The notes: generated by a model from the sequence alone, not told the origin. 64,000 bases of DNA from Acidobacteriota bacterium (GCA_041178345.1 JBEGVQ010000093.1:14496-78495); one strand, 5' to 3'. Shown: positions 1-9,401, numbered from the stretch's first letter. Program-made: numbers and translations.

Positions 1-998
1 GCGAGGTCCGCACGCTGCGGGCGCGCCAGGCTCAGCCCTACGGCCCCGGCAGCATTGTCGGCGAGAGCGCGCCGATCGTCGCCGTGCGGTCGATGCTCGA
101 GAAGATTGGCGTCAGCCCCGCGTCGACGGTGCTGCTGACCGGTGAGAGCGGCACGGGCAAGGACCTGGCCGCCAAGGTCATTCACTACAGCAGCAACCGC
201 GCGGCGCGGCCGTTCATGAACATCACCTGCTCGGCGCTGCCCGAAACGCTGCTCGAAAGCGAGCTGTTCGGCCACGAACGCGGGGCGTTCACGGGCGCCG
301 ATCGGCAGAAGCACGGCCTGCTCGAATCGGCCGACGGGGGCACGGTGTTTCTCGACGAGATCGGCGAGATGGTGCCGCTGCTGCAGGCGAAGCTGCTGCG
401 CTTCCTGGAGGAGAAGTCGTTCAAGCGCGTCGGCGGCTCGGCCGACATCAAGGTGGACGTGCGGGTGATCGCCGCTACCAACCGCTCGCTGCAGGACGAG
501 GTCCGGAAGGGGCGCTTCCGCGAGGACCTGTTCTACCGCTTGAACGTGATGGCGGTGCCGCTGCCGCCGCTGCGTGATCGGCGCGACGACATCCCGCGGC
601 TGCTGCGGCACTACATCGACCTCTTCAACACCGAGTTCCGGAAGAAGATCTCGGGCGTGTCGCCCGGCGCCATGAAGATGCTGCAGGCTTACGCCTGGCC
701 CGGCAACGTCCGCGAGTTGCGCAATGCCGTCGAGCGGGCCATGCTGCTGACCGAGAGCGCCGAGCTGTCCGAGGCGCAGTTCGCCATGCTCGTGTCGGGG
801 GACGCGGAGTTGTCGGCGGGCATGGGACTGCCGGCCGGCGGCATCAATCTCGAGGAGCTCGAGCGGTCGCTGGTGGTCCAGGCCCTCGAGCGCAGCGGCT
901 GGAATCAGACCAAGGCGGCGACGCTGCTCGGCCTCAACCGCGACCAGATCCGCTATCGAATCGAGAAGTTCAAGCTGGAGAAGGCAACTCCACGGTAA
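1..998 (+). CDS. sigma-54-dependent transcriptional activator (NtrC/Fis family); 5' end lies outside the window
   Basis: Frame stays open to base 3 (..IVGESAPIVAVRSM..). AAA+ Walker A GESGTGKD, GAFTGA loop (ESELFGHERGAFTGA), C-terminal Fis-type HTH (QTKAATLLGLNRDQIRYRI). Confidence 0.93.
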   Translation, partial: EVRTLRARQAQPYGPGSIVGESAPIVAVRSMLEKIGVSPASTVLLTGESGTGKDLAAKVIHYSSNRAARPFMNITCSALPETLLESELFGHERGAFTGADRQKHGLLESADGGTVFLDEIGEMVPLLQAKLLRFLEEKSFKRVGGSADIKVDVRVIAATNRSLQDEVRKGRFREDLFYRLNVMAVPLPPLRDRRDDIPRLLRHYIDLFNTEFRKKISGVSPGAMKMLQAYAWPGNVRELRNAVERAMLLTESAELSEAQFAMLVSGDAELSAGMGLPAGGINLEELERSLVVQALERSGWNQTKAATLLGLNRDQIRYRIEKFKLEKATPR

Positions 999-2055
999 CG
1001 ATCGTGCCGCCGCCCGGCGGACAGGTCACGTGGATGCGGCCCTCGTGCAGTTCGACCAGCCGCTTGGCCGTGGCCATGCCCAGGCCGGTGCCCCGCGCCT
1101 TGGTCGTCTTGAACGGACGAAACAGCGCCGCGCGGATCTCGGGGTGAATGCCGGGACCATGGTCGGCGACCGCCACCCGCAGCCAGCCGTCCGCCGGCGT
1201 CATCGACACCGTAATCGCGCCCTTGCCGTGCATTGCCTGCGCCGAGTTGATTAACAGATTCTGGAACACGATGGTCATCAGCGACGGATCGAGCAGCAGG
1301 GCCGGCGCCTCGCCGGCAATGGTGACCTCGAGACCGTGAAAGGCCGGATCGGCCTTCATCAGGTCGGCCAATCTCGACAGCAGGGCGCGCACGTCGGTCG
1401 CCGACAGCTTGGGTTGAGGCGGCCGCGCGAACACCAGCAGGTCCTGGATCAGGATATTGAGCGCGTCGATGCGGGCGATGATCTCCTTGATGATCGCACC
1501 GTCGCCGGACTCGCCCTTCATGCGCGAGCCAATCACCTGGATGGCGCCGCGCACGGCGGCCAGCGGGTTCTTCACTTCGTGCGCAATCACCGCGGCCATC
1601 TCGCCCAGGCGGGCCATGGCGCTCGCCTCGCGCAGGCGATCCTCGAGGTCGGCCCGGCTCGACAGGTCGTGCAGGATGCCGGTGAAGTGCGGCTCGCCGT
1701 CAATCTCCATCCGGCCGACTGACAGGTGCAGCGGGAAGGTGTGGCCATCCTTGCGGCGGCCGGTGACCGCCCGGCCAATGCCGATGACCTTGCGCTCGCC
1801 GGTCCGGAGGTGGTTCTCCAGGTAGCCGTCGTGTTGCGAGCGATCCGGTTCGGGCATCAGGAGTCTGACGTTCCGGCCGATCGCCTCTGCCTCGCTGTAG
1901 CCAAACATCTGCTGGGCCGCGGCGTTGAACACCTCGACCGTGCCCTTCGCGTCAATCACGATGATGCCGTCGACGGCGGCGTCGACCACCGCGCGCCAGC
2001 GCGCCTCGGCAATGCGACCGGCGTCCATCAACTTGTGCGGTTCGGTGTCATTCAT
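970..2055 (-). CDS. PAS-domain sensor histidine kinase
   Basis: N-terminal PAS fold, H-box HEVKNPLAAV, HATPase_c boxes (DHGPGI, GTGLGM). Its 3' end overlaps the activator gene convergently by 29 nt. Confidence 0.9.
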   Translation of the reverse strand: MNDTEPHKLMDAGRIAEARWRAVVDAAVDGIIVIDAKGTVEVFNAAAQQMFGYSEAEAIGRNVRLLMPEPDRSQHDGYLENHLRTGERKVIGIGRAVTGRRKDGHTFPLHLSVGRMEIDGEPHFTGILHDLSSRADLEDRLREASAMARLGEMAAVIAHEVKNPLAAVRGAIQVIGSRMKGESGDGAIIKEIIARIDALNILIQDLLVFARPPQPKLSATDVRALLSRLADLMKADPAFHGLEVTIAGEAPALLLDPSLMTIVFQNLLINSAQAMHGKGAITVSMTPADGWLRVAVADHGPGIHPEIRAALFRPFKTTKARGTGLGMATAKRLVELHEGRIHVTCPPGGGTIVTVELPSPA

Positions 2056-2099
2056 GCGTGCCGCACAACGAATAGCAGATTATGGCGGGTTTGTACCGG

Positions 2100-2570
2100 C
2101 TATTTCTTCAGCCGCGCGCGCAGGCGCGGCAGGGCGTGGTGATAGGCCGCGGGGTCCCCGTAGCCGGCAAACGCTGCGTAGCGGTCGTGGGGCTGGCGGG
2201 TTCGCCTGGCGTGACGAATGGGGCACCAGTACTGCTCGGTGCGCGCCGCCACTTCACGAACGTAGGCAATCAGACCATTGGCGTAGCTGCAGAACAGGCA
2301 GTTCAGCTTCTCGACGCCGTTCAAATAGGCAAGCAGATGGCGATCGAACGCAAAGAACGCCCGCCGTCCCACCGGGGTGATGCCCCAGGCGCGAAAGCAG
2401 ATCGCCTGGAACAGCCAGACCCACGCATCGAGCAGGGCGAAGGGCAGCGCCAGCGTGTAAACGACTGGCGCGGTCAACCGCGTCGGCAGGTCGCCGCGCC
2501 AGCAATAGGACCACAGTCCCGTGCGGAACCGCCGGTGTGCGGCTCGCACCTTCGCGTTGCGTTGAGCCAT
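2100..2570 (-). CDS. hypothetical protein with a hydrophobic segment and conserved cysteines (family not recognised)
   Basis: Started at ATG 2570 (MAQRNAKVR..). The ORF track extends to ATG 2717, but that extension runs through a REP-like hairpin. Contains CLFCSY..CPIRH. Confidence 0.5.
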   Translation of the reverse strand: MAQRNAKVRAAHRRFRTGLWSYCWRGDLPTRLTAPVVYTLALPFALLDAWVWLFQAICFRAWGITPVGRRAFFAFDRHLLAYLNGVEKLNCLFCSYANGLIAYVREVAARTEQYWCPIRHARRTRQPHDRYAAFAGYGDPAAYHHALPRLRARLKK

Positions 2571-2625
2571 CCGCCGCACGTCACGCGTCGGTCTACGGTG
2601 TTCGCGCGGTGACTGGCGATCAACG

Positions 2626-2643
2626 GTCCGGCTGAAGCCGGAC
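2626..2643. repeat. REP-like palindromic hairpin GTCCGGC-TGAA-GCCGGAC
   Basis: Perfect 7-bp stem with a 4-nt loop. Related copies at 4192..4209 and 16750..16767; all lie between genes. Confidence 0.55.
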
Positions 2644-2713
2644 GCCACATTGGCAGCGAGCGGGGCTGCCGCCAACGCGCGTCGCTGGGGGCGAGGGACT
2701 GTGGCGAGGCCGG

Positions 2714-3157
2714 TCATTCCACCTCCGATTCGACCCAGTCCTCCTGTCCGCGGGCCTTGCGCACCTCGCGGTTGGACCGGTGTTCGGGCTTGCGGGCGAG
2801 CAGTTCAAGCAGGTCCGAAACGGTCACGATGCCCGCCACCTTGCCGTTGGCCGAGGTCACGACCAGCGATCCGACCGAGCGGCCCTTCATCAGGCTCGCC
2901 GCCCGCCGCACCGGGGTCCGCGTCGTCACCGTCAGCACCGGGCTCGTCATCAGGTCGCCCACCGTCCACTTGCCCAGGACCTTGGGCAGCTTGGCGCCGC
3001 CGAGATCGCGATCCGACACGATGCCCTGCAGCTCGGCGCCGTCGGTCACCACCAGGTGATGGATCTTCTTTTGCCGCATGCGAGTCTTGGCCTCCGACGC
3101 GGCCACCTTCGGCTTGACGGTTTCGACGGCCTTGCTCATCACTTCGTAGACTCTCAT
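2714..3157 (-). CDS. CBS domain pair protein
   Basis: Two CBS repeats (..HHLVVTDGAELQGIVSDRDL.. and ..GSLVVTSANGKVAGIVTVSDLL..). Confidence 0.9.
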   Translation of the reverse strand: MRVYEVMSKAVETVKPKVAASEAKTRMRQKKIHHLVVTDGAELQGIVSDRDLGGAKLPKVLGKWTVGDLMTSPVLTVTTRTPVRRAASLMKGRSVGSLVVTSANGKVAGIVTVSDLLELLARKPEHRSNREVRKARGQEDWVESEVE

Positions 3158-3327
3158 CGCGACTCTCCTCGATTAGGGTGTCTGCCGGGAAAAGCTGCAA
3201 AGTCGCTGCCGCCGGGCTCGCCGGGGTGAGCGGCCGGTGCCGGTTGGTGGAGCGAGGAATACTCCCCAAGCTGGGGGTTTTTCCCTGACGTCGGCGTCAT
3301 CTGCAGGGCTGCAGCCCGTATCTGCGT

Positions 3328-3343
3328 TGGCACGAGGGATGCT
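3328..3343 (+). promoter_or_regulatory. candidate sigma-54 (-24/-12) promoter TGGCACGAGGGATGCT
   Basis: GG-N10-GC spacing; TGGCAC is perfect and the -12 element is ATGCT. Lies 26 nt upstream of ATG 3369. Confidence 0.5.
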
Positions 3344-3368
3344 CTGTCCGGCTGAAGAGGGAGGCGTC

Positions 3369-3617
3369 ATGGCGGTCCACATGAACGAGCCTTGCACCGT
3401 GCATGTGTTCCAGCGAACGCCGTTGCGCGAACTGGAGCTCCGCATTCGCGGCGAGTACCGCGAGATGCCGGGCCTGCGCCTTCGGCCCGAACAGGCCAGG
3501 CGCCTGTGGGCGGTCGATGGCGCTACCTGCCAACAGGCCCTCGACGACCTGGTCAGGGAAGGTTTTCTGCAGCGCGACGAAACGGGCCGCTACGCGCGTG
3601 CCAACGGCGGCTATTGA
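3369..3617 (+). CDS. small hypothetical protein (83 aa), possibly winged-helix-like
   Basis: GGGAGG Shine-Dalgarno about 7 nt before ATG 3369. C-terminal LDDLVREGFLQRDETGRYAR. No family recognised. Confidence 0.45.
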   Translation: MAVHMNEPCTVHVFQRTPLRELELRIRGEYREMPGLRLRPEQARRLWAVDGATCQQALDDLVREGFLQRDETGRYARANGGY

Positions 3618-3634
3618 TCACATTGGAGAACGTC

Positions 3635-4189
3635 ATGCGCACCCTCACTGCCCTTGCCGCCGCCGTGGCCCTCGCGGTCACCGCGGCCTGCGCCACCATG
3701 AACGTCAGCGCTCACCTCGAGCGCGGCGTGAACTTTGCCGAGTTCGTGACCTACGAATGGGGCCCGCCCGACAACCTGCCGGTCGGCGATCCGCGGCTGG
3801 ACAACAACCCGTTCTTCAACGATTACCTGCAGGGCGCCGTCGAGAAGCAGATGACGGCCAAGGGCTTTGCCCGCGCGGCCGAAGGCCGGCCGGCCGAGCT
3901 GCTGGTTCACTACCACGCCAGCGTCAACCAGCGACTCGACGTGTACGGCGTCGACAACGCGGCCGGGTACTGCTACGGCGACTGCCAGCCGCAAGTGGTC
4001 GACTTCGAACAGGGCACCCTGGTAATCGACATCGTCGACGTCAAGACCAAGAAGGTGATTTGGCGCGGCTGGGCGCAGGACACCATGACCGGCATCATCG
4101 ACAACCAGGACCGGTTGCAGAAGCAGGTGGACGAGGGCGTGACGAAGATGTTCCAGTTGCTGCCGCGCGGCGGGGCGGCGCTCCGCTAA
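3635..4189 (+). CDS. lipoprotein, DUF4136-like
   Basis: Signal peptide ending in a lipobox-like LAVTAAC. Core ..LVIDIVDVKTKKVIWRGWA.. resembles the DUF4136 family (from memory). Confidence 0.7.
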   Translation: MRTLTALAAAVALAVTAACATMNVSAHLERGVNFAEFVTYEWGPPDNLPVGDPRLDNNPFFNDYLQGAVEKQMTAKGFARAAEGRPAELLVHYHASVNQRLDVYGVDNAAGYCYGDCQPQVVDFEQGTLVIDIVDVKTKKVIWRGWAQDTMTGIIDNQDRLQKQVDEGVTKMFQLLPRGGAALR

Positions 4190-4191
4190 AG

Positions 4192-4209
4192 GTCCGGCTG
4201 AAGGCGGAC
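4192..4209. repeat. REP-like hairpin copy GTCCGGCTGAAGGCGGAC
   Basis: 17 of 18 identical to 2626..2643. Sits between two convergent genes. Confidence 0.5.
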
Positions 4210-4222
4210 CCTGCCGAGACGA

Positions 4223-6031
4223 TCAAAAGTCGTGCATGGTCGCTGGTGGAAACGCGGCCCGCAACGCGTTCAGTACCGCGACCACGTCAATCGCCTCCTG
4301 CAGCAGGGCGCCGCCGACCGGAGTCAGGTAGCCGGCGGCCGCGAAGCCCATGCCAATCATGCTGAGCGCCATGCCGCCGACCGCGCTCTGCAGCGCAATG
4401 ACCCGCATCCGCCGCGCGATGTGCAGGAACTCATCCACCTTCTTCAGGGTGTTGTCGAGGGCAATCACGCCGGCCGCTTCGGCGGTCACGTCGCTGTGCT
4501 CGCCGATGGCCATGCCCACGGTCGCGGCCATCATCGCCGGCGCGTCGTTGATGCCGTCGCCGACATACAGTGTCGGCGCCAGCGCCGTTTCGGCGCGGAC
4601 GAGCGTCAGCTTCTGCTCGGGACTCTGTCCGGCGTGCACCTCGGTCACGCCGACCTTGTCGGCGAGGTACCGCACTTCAGACTCGCGGTCGCCCGACACG
4701 ATCAGCGTCTTTCGGAAGCCATGCTTCACGCCGAGGTGCTGCACGAACGATCGGCTGTCGGGGCGCGGCGCATCGCGGAACCGCAGGGTCGCGGCGTAGC
4801 GATGGTCGAGGGCCACCACGCACTCGAGGCCGCCGGCCGCCGGCGGCAGCTGACCCGCCGCGGACGGGTCGCGCGCAAGCAGTTGCGACCGGCCGGTCAC
4901 CATGACCTCGCGACCGAGCACGCTGCCGCGCAGGCCGGCGCCGGGCGGTTCGGTCACTTCGGCCGCTTCCGCCAGCCGGACCGCCTCGGCGCTGGCGGCG
5001 CCGAGCACCGCTCGCGCCAGCGGGTGCTTCGAGTAACGCTCGAGGCTGGCGACCAGCTTCAGGACTTCCTCCCTCGAGGAGCCGTCGGCCACCAGGATCT
5101 CCGTGAGGGTGGGCTCGCCGTAGGTCAGCGTTCCGGTCTTGTCGAAGATCGCCGTGCGGCAGGTCGCGATCGACTCCAGCACCGCCGGGCTCTTGACGAT
5201 GATCGCCCGGCGCGCGCAGAGCGAGATCGACCCGACAATGGCCACGGGAATGGCGATCAGCAGGGGGCACGGCGTGGCGATGACCAGCACGGCCAGGAAG
5301 CGCGTGGCGTCGCCGGTCGCCGCCCACGCGGCGAATGCGACGGCCAGCGCCACCGGCGTGTAGATCGCGCCAAGCTGGTCGCCCAGCCGGCGCAGCCGCG
5401 GCCGGGTGGCTTCCGAGTCGCGCATCACGTCCATGATCCGGGCGTAGCGCGAGTCGGCGGCCCGGCGCGTGGTCCGGATGACGAGCACGGCGTTGCCGTT
5501 GATCGCACCCGAGATCACCTGCGAGCCTCGCGTCTTGGTGATTTCGAACGGCTCGCCGGTGAGATAGGACTCGTCCATCACGCCGTGGCCCTCGAGGACT
5601 TGGCCATCGACCGGGCAGATCTCATGGGGGTGAATCACCAGGGTGTCGCCCACCGCGATGTCGCCAAGCGCGACCTCGGCCGTGGCCCCGTCCGTGCGGC
5701 GATGGGCCACGAGCGGCACGCGGCGGGCCAGCGCGTCAAGCACGGAGGAGGCGCTGCGCAGGGCGTAGCTCTCGAGGGCCGCGCCGCCGGCCAGCATCAG
5801 CACGATGATCGACCCGGCGAGATACTCGCCCAGCCAGAGCGAGGTCAGGATTGACATGCCGCCAAGCAGGTCGGCCCCGAACTCGCGGCGCAGGACCTTG
5901 CGGAACAGGTCCAGAAGCAAAGGCGCGCCGCCGAGCACGATGACTACCAACAAAGGCAGGTTCGAGGCCGCCACGGGAGCGCCCAGGCCGTATCGCAGGG
6001 CCAGGTGAGTCCCGATAGCCGCGAGACACAT
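4223..6031 (-). CDS. heavy-metal P1B-type ATPase with TPCP motif and no N-terminal metal-binding domain
   Basis: [29 protein letters not shown]4 motif ATPCPL, TM6 motif QEAID. Start set at ATG 6031; the upstream 119 codons of the ORF are His/Arg-rich and unlikely to be coding. Confidence 0.9.
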   Translation of the reverse strand: MCLAAIGTHLALRYGLGAPVAASNLPLLVVIVLGGAPLLLDLFRKVLRREFGADLLGGMSILTSLWLGEYLAGSIIVLMLAGGAALESYALRSASSVLDALARRVPLVAHRRTDGATAEVALGDIAVGDTLVIHPHEICPVDGQVLEGHGVMDESYLTGEPFEITKTRGSQVISGAINGNAVLVIRTTRRAADSRYARIMDVMRDSEATRPRLRRLGDQLGAIYTPVALAVAFAAWAATGDATRFLAVLVIATPCPLLIAIPVAIVGSISLCARRAIIVKSPAVLESIATCRTAIFDKTGTLTYGEPTLTEILVADGSSREEVLKLVASLERYSKHPLARAVLGAASAEAVRLAEAAEVTEPPGAGLRGSVLGREVMVTGRSQLLARDPSAAGQLPPAAGGLECVVALDHRYAATLRFRDAPRPDSRSFVQHLGVKHGFRKTLIVSGDRESEVRYLADKVGVTEVHAGQSPEQKLTLVRAETALAPTLYVGDGINDAPAMMAATVGMAIGEHSDVTAEAAGVIALDNTLKKVDEFLHIARRMRVIALQSAVGGMALSMIGMGFAAAGYLTPVGGALLQEAIDVVAVLNALRAAFPPATMHDF

Positions 6032-6253
6032 TAGCGCGATCGTCGTCGAAAGGCGCGGCGGCCGGGAGGTCTTCAAATGGGAATTCTTCCGCACGACTCG
6101 GGGGAAATCCCCGATTTCAGGCTGATTATGCGCCTTTTTGAGACGAAAAGCCGGGCGAGAGTCTTGCACTGGAGACTGGTAGGCCGGTGTTGTCGTGCAA
6201 TGCGGTGCGCGGACGGAACGGCCGGTCGGTGTCGTTTGCTGAGCGAGGTAGCG

Positions 6254-6601
6254 ATGGTTGCGATGATTCGAGTGGGTGTAGTGATGATGACGGTGATGTT
6301 CGGCTTGGCGGCGACCGTGTCGGCGCAGGCCGCGGCCGTGGAGAGAGGTGCGGCGGTCTACGCCGCCCAGAAGTGTTCCATGTGCCACGCCCTGGATGGA
6401 AAGGGACCGGCCAAAGGCCCCCTTGACGGCGTTGGCTCGAAGCTTTCCGCCGCCGAGATCCGAGAGTGGATCGTCAACCCGGCGGAGATGACCAAGAAGG
6501 CCAACGCCACGCGCAAACCAGCGATGCGCGCCTATCCCAACCTGCCGAAGGAAGACCTCGACGCCCTGGTGGCGTTCATGGTTTCAAAGAAGAAGGGTTA
6601 G
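6254..6601 (+). CDS. monoheme class I c-type cytochrome
   Basis: Signal peptide, CSMCH heme site, distal Met in PAMRAYP. GAGGT Shine-Dalgarno before ATG 6254. Confidence 0.88.
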   Translation: MVAMIRVGVVMMTVMFGLAATVSAQAAAVERGAAVYAAQKCSMCHALDGKGPAKGPLDGVGSKLSAAEIREWIVNPAEMTKKANATRKPAMRAYPNLPKEDLDALVAFMVSKKKG

Positions 6602-6607
6602 ACGCCT

Positions 6608-6946
6608 ATGACCATCATCGGCCGCATCGCTTTGTTTGCCGGGGTCGCGCTGGTCGTGCCGGTCGTGACTGCCGCGGGGCAGACCCTGGAGCGGGGCGCG
6701 GCGGTGTTTGCCGCGCAGAAGTGCTCCCTTTGTCACGCCCTCGACGGCAAGGGCAATGCCAAGGGTCCACTGGACGCTATCGGCTCCAAGCTAAAGGCCG
6801 AGGAGATACGCAGTTGGATCGTCACACCGGCCGAGATGACCGCCAAGGTCAAGGCCGAGCGTAAACCGGCGATGAAGGCGTTCCCCAATCTGGCGAAAGA
6901 CGAGCTTGACGCGCTCGTCGCTTTCCTCGCCGCGAAGAAAAAATAG
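6608..6946 (+). CDS. monoheme class I c-type cytochrome, tandem paralogue of the previous gene
   Basis: CSLCH and PAMKAFP. About 70 percent identical by eye to the 6254..6601 product. Confidence 0.9.
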   Translation: MTIIGRIALFAGVALVVPVVTAAGQTLERGAAVFAAQKCSLCHALDGKGNAKGPLDAIGSKLKAEEIRSWIVTPAEMTAKVKAERKPAMKAFPNLAKDELDALVAFLAAKKK

Positions 6947-6961
6947 CCGTCCGGGACCGAT

Positions 6962-8314
6962 ATGCGCTTTGACTTGCCCTCAGCCGCCCGCAACCCTGTC
7001 AGCTTGATTGGAACCGCCGTGGCCACGGCGATGGCGGTGATCTTTTTCGTCCTGCTCGCCCTCGAGATGGGCGGCCAGCTCCAAAACCCGTACCTGGGCT
7101 TGCTGCTGTTCGTGGCGGTGCCCGCCGTCTTCCTGGTCGGCATGCTGCTCGTGCCCCTCGGGGCCTGGCGGCAGCGCCGGCGCGTCGCGGCCGGCAAGGT
7201 CACCGACGAATGGCCGGTCATCGACTTGCGCCTGCCGCGAACCCGCACGGTGGTCTTCACCGTCGCGATGATCACGCTCTTCAATGTGCTGGTCTTCTCA
7301 CTGGCCGCCTACGGCGCGGTCCATCACATGGAGTCGGCCGAGTTCTGTGGCTCGACCTGCCACACGGTCATGGAGCCGGAGTACGCCGCTTACCAGGTCA
7401 GCCCGCATTCGAAAGTCGGCTGCGTGGCCTGCCATGTCGGGCCCGGCGCGGGCGCGCTGATCGAATCCAAGATCGCCGGCACCCGGCAGCTCTGGCAGCT
7501 GTTCGCGGGCGGCTACCCCGCACCCATCCACTCGCCGGTCAAGACCATGCGGCCGGCGCGCGAGACGTGCGAGACCTGCCACTGGTCCGAGAAATCGCAT
7601 GGCGACAAGCTCCGACAGATTCGTGAATTCGCCGACGACGAGCAGAGCTCCGAGTCGGTGACGACGCTGCAGTTGCACGTCGGCGGCGGGCGCGCCGTCA
7701 ACGGCAACGGCTCCGGCATCCACTGGCACATGAACATCGACAACAAGGTCGAGTTCATCACCACCGACGCGCAGCGCCAGGTCATTCCGTGGGTGAAGTT
7801 CACCGACCACACCGGCAAGGTCACCGAGTACACGGTCGACGGCACGACCGCCGAGGAATTAGCCAAGGGCGAGTACCGCACCATGGACTGCATGGACTGC
7901 CACAACCGTCCCGCGCACACGTTCGAGCCGTCGGCCGAGCGGGCCGTCGACAATGCGATTGCCGCCGGGATCATTCCGCGCGAGCTGCCGTTTGCCAGGC
8001 GCGAGGCGGTGGCCGCGCTCAAGACCGATTTCCCCTCTCGGCAGGAGGCCTTTGCCGGCATCGAGGCGAAATTGCTCGAGACCTACCGGCCCCAGACGAC
8101 CGACGCCGCGGCAGTGGCGCGAATCATCGCCGGCGTGCAGGACCTCTACGGACAAAACGTGTTCCCGGCCATGAAAGTCGGGTGGGGCACCTATCCCAAC
8201 AACATCGGCCACCTGACGTCGCCGGGCTGCTTCCGTTGCCACGACGACAACCACAAGGCCCCCAGTGGGAAGACCATCGCGCAGGACTGCGAATCGTGCC
8301 ACAAGATGCCGTAG
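6962..8314 (+). CDS. membrane-anchored multiheme cytochrome c with a NapC/NirT/CymA-like N-terminal part
   Basis: Two N-terminal TM helices. Heme motifs CGSTCH (CX3CH), CVACH, CETCH, CMDCH, CFRCH, CESCH. Confidence 0.75.
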   Translation: MRFDLPSAARNPVSLIGTAVATAMAVIFFVLLALEMGGQLQNPYLGLLLFVAVPAVFLVGMLLVPLGAWRQRRRVAAGKVTDEWPVIDLRLPRTRTVVFTVAMITLFNVLVFSLAAYGAVHHMESAEFCGSTCHTVMEPEYAAYQVSPHSKVGCVACHVGPGAGALIESKIAGTRQLWQLFAGGYPAPIHSPVKTMRPARETCETCHWSEKSHGDKLRQIREFADDEQSSESVTTLQLHVGGGRAVNGNGSGIHWHMNIDNKVEFITTDAQRQVIPWVKFTDHTGKVTEYTVDGTTAEELAKGEYRTMDCMDCHNRPAHTFEPSAERAVDNAIAAGIIPRELPFARREAVAALKTDFPSRQEAFAGIEAKLLETYRPQTTDAAAVARIIAGVQDLYGQNVFPAMKVGWGTYPNNIGHLTSPGCFRCHDDNHKAPSGKTIAQDCESCHKMP

Positions 8315-8378
8315 GAAGTTGCAGGGCGAATGTCGACCAGTGCACTTGCAGTGACCGTTCGAGAGAAGAGAGGATGAC

Positions 8379-9401
8379 GTGAGAATACGTCCAATCGTGT
8401 TCATGAACATCGCCGCCACGCTGCTGTTCTCGGGCGTGCTGGTGGCCACGGTAGCGCAGACCGCGCCGGTGGCCGCGTCCCCGGCGCCTGCCGCAGCCTT
8501 TGCAGACCCGACCGCCAGTCCGGCGGCGCCGGTCACGGCCGAACCGGCCGAACCGGCGCCCCAGGCGGCGCCTTCCACACCCCAGGCCGGCTATGTCGGC
8601 GCGGAAGCCTGCGCGACCTGCCACGAGGGGTACGACGCCTCGATCAAATCGTCCAAGCACGGCCAGGTGAAGGACGCCCGGACGCCGGCGGCGGCACAGG
8701 GGTGCGAATCGTGCCACGGCCCCGGCGAGGCCCATGCCAACAACCCGGAGAAGGTCAAGCCGCGGCAGTTCGACAAGCTGTCGGCCAAGGCGGTGACCGA
8801 CACCTGTGCGACCTGCCACAACCGCGGTCCGCACGCGCTGTGGCAAGGCAGTCAGCACGAAGCGCGCAACGTCTCGTGCGTGAGCTGCCACAGCATTCAC
8901 CAGCCGAAATCGGCCAAGGCCCAGCTGAAGACCGCCAATCAGCAGATGCAGTGCATGTCGTGCCATCGCGACAAGGTGGCGAAGCTCGATCGCTCGGGCC
9001 ATATGCCGGTGCGCGAGGGCAAGATGGAATGCACGTCATGCCACAACCCGCACGGTTCGACCAACGTGCGCCTGCTGAAGACGGGCACGTCGATCAACGA
9101 GTCGTGCTCCAGCTGTCACACGGAGAAGCGCGGCCCGTTCCTGTTCGAGCATGCGGGCATCAGCGGCGACAGCTGCGCCACCTGCCACGACCCGCACGGC
9201 TCGAACAACGACCGCATGCTGGTGGCGAAACTCCCGTTCCTGTGTCAGCGCTGCCACAACCACACGCGGCATCCGTCGACCATTTACGACAACCGGGTTC
9301 TGGGAACCAGCAACCGGCTCTACAGCCGCAGCTGTGTCTCCTGCCACTCAGCCATTCATGGTTCGAACCATCCGGCCGGTTCGACGTTCTTGCGGCAGTA
9401 G
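8379..9401 (+). CDS. periplasmic decaheme c-type cytochrome, DmsE/MtrA/PioA family
   Basis: Ten CxxCH motifs. C-terminal CVSCHSAIHGSNHP is typical of the family. Signal peptide followed by an Ala/Pro-rich linker. Confidence 0.88.
   Translation: MRIRPIVFMNIAATLLFSGVLVATVAQTAPVAASPAPAAAFADPTASPAAPVTAEPAEPAPQAAPSTPQAGYVGAEACATCHEGYDASIKSSKHGQVKDARTPAAAQGCESCHGPGEAHANNPEKVKPRQFDKLSAKAVTDTCATCHNRGPHALWQGSQHEARNVSCVSCHSIHQPKSAKAQLKTANQQMQCMSCHRDKVAKLDRSGHMPVREGKMECTSCHNPHGSTNVRLLKTGTSINESCSSCHTEKRGPFLFEHAGISGDSCATCHDPHGSNNDRMLVAKLPFLCQRCHNHTRHPSTIYDNRVLGTSNRLYSRSCVSCHSAIHGSNHPAGSTFLRQ

Noticed and set aside
2571-2717. Upstream extension of ORF 2100..2717, including an ATGA overlap with the CBS gene stop.
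   Set aside because: The extension is Arg/Pro-rich and crosses the REP-like hairpin at 2626..2643. An internal ATG at 2570 gives a cleaner product. The longer form cannot be excluded.
3346-3357. Fourth occurrence of GTCCGGCTGAAG.
   Set aside because: Only the left half of the palindrome is present, and it merges into the GGGAGG ribosome-binding site of ORF 3369. It is mentioned under the repeat finding but not called as an element.
6153-6168. Sigma-54-like element CGGGCGAGAGTCTTGCA upstream of the cytochrome/conduit operon.
   Set aside because: The GG-N10-GC spacing and TTGCA are present, but the -24 half (GGCGAG) is poor. It is too weak to call without transcription start data.
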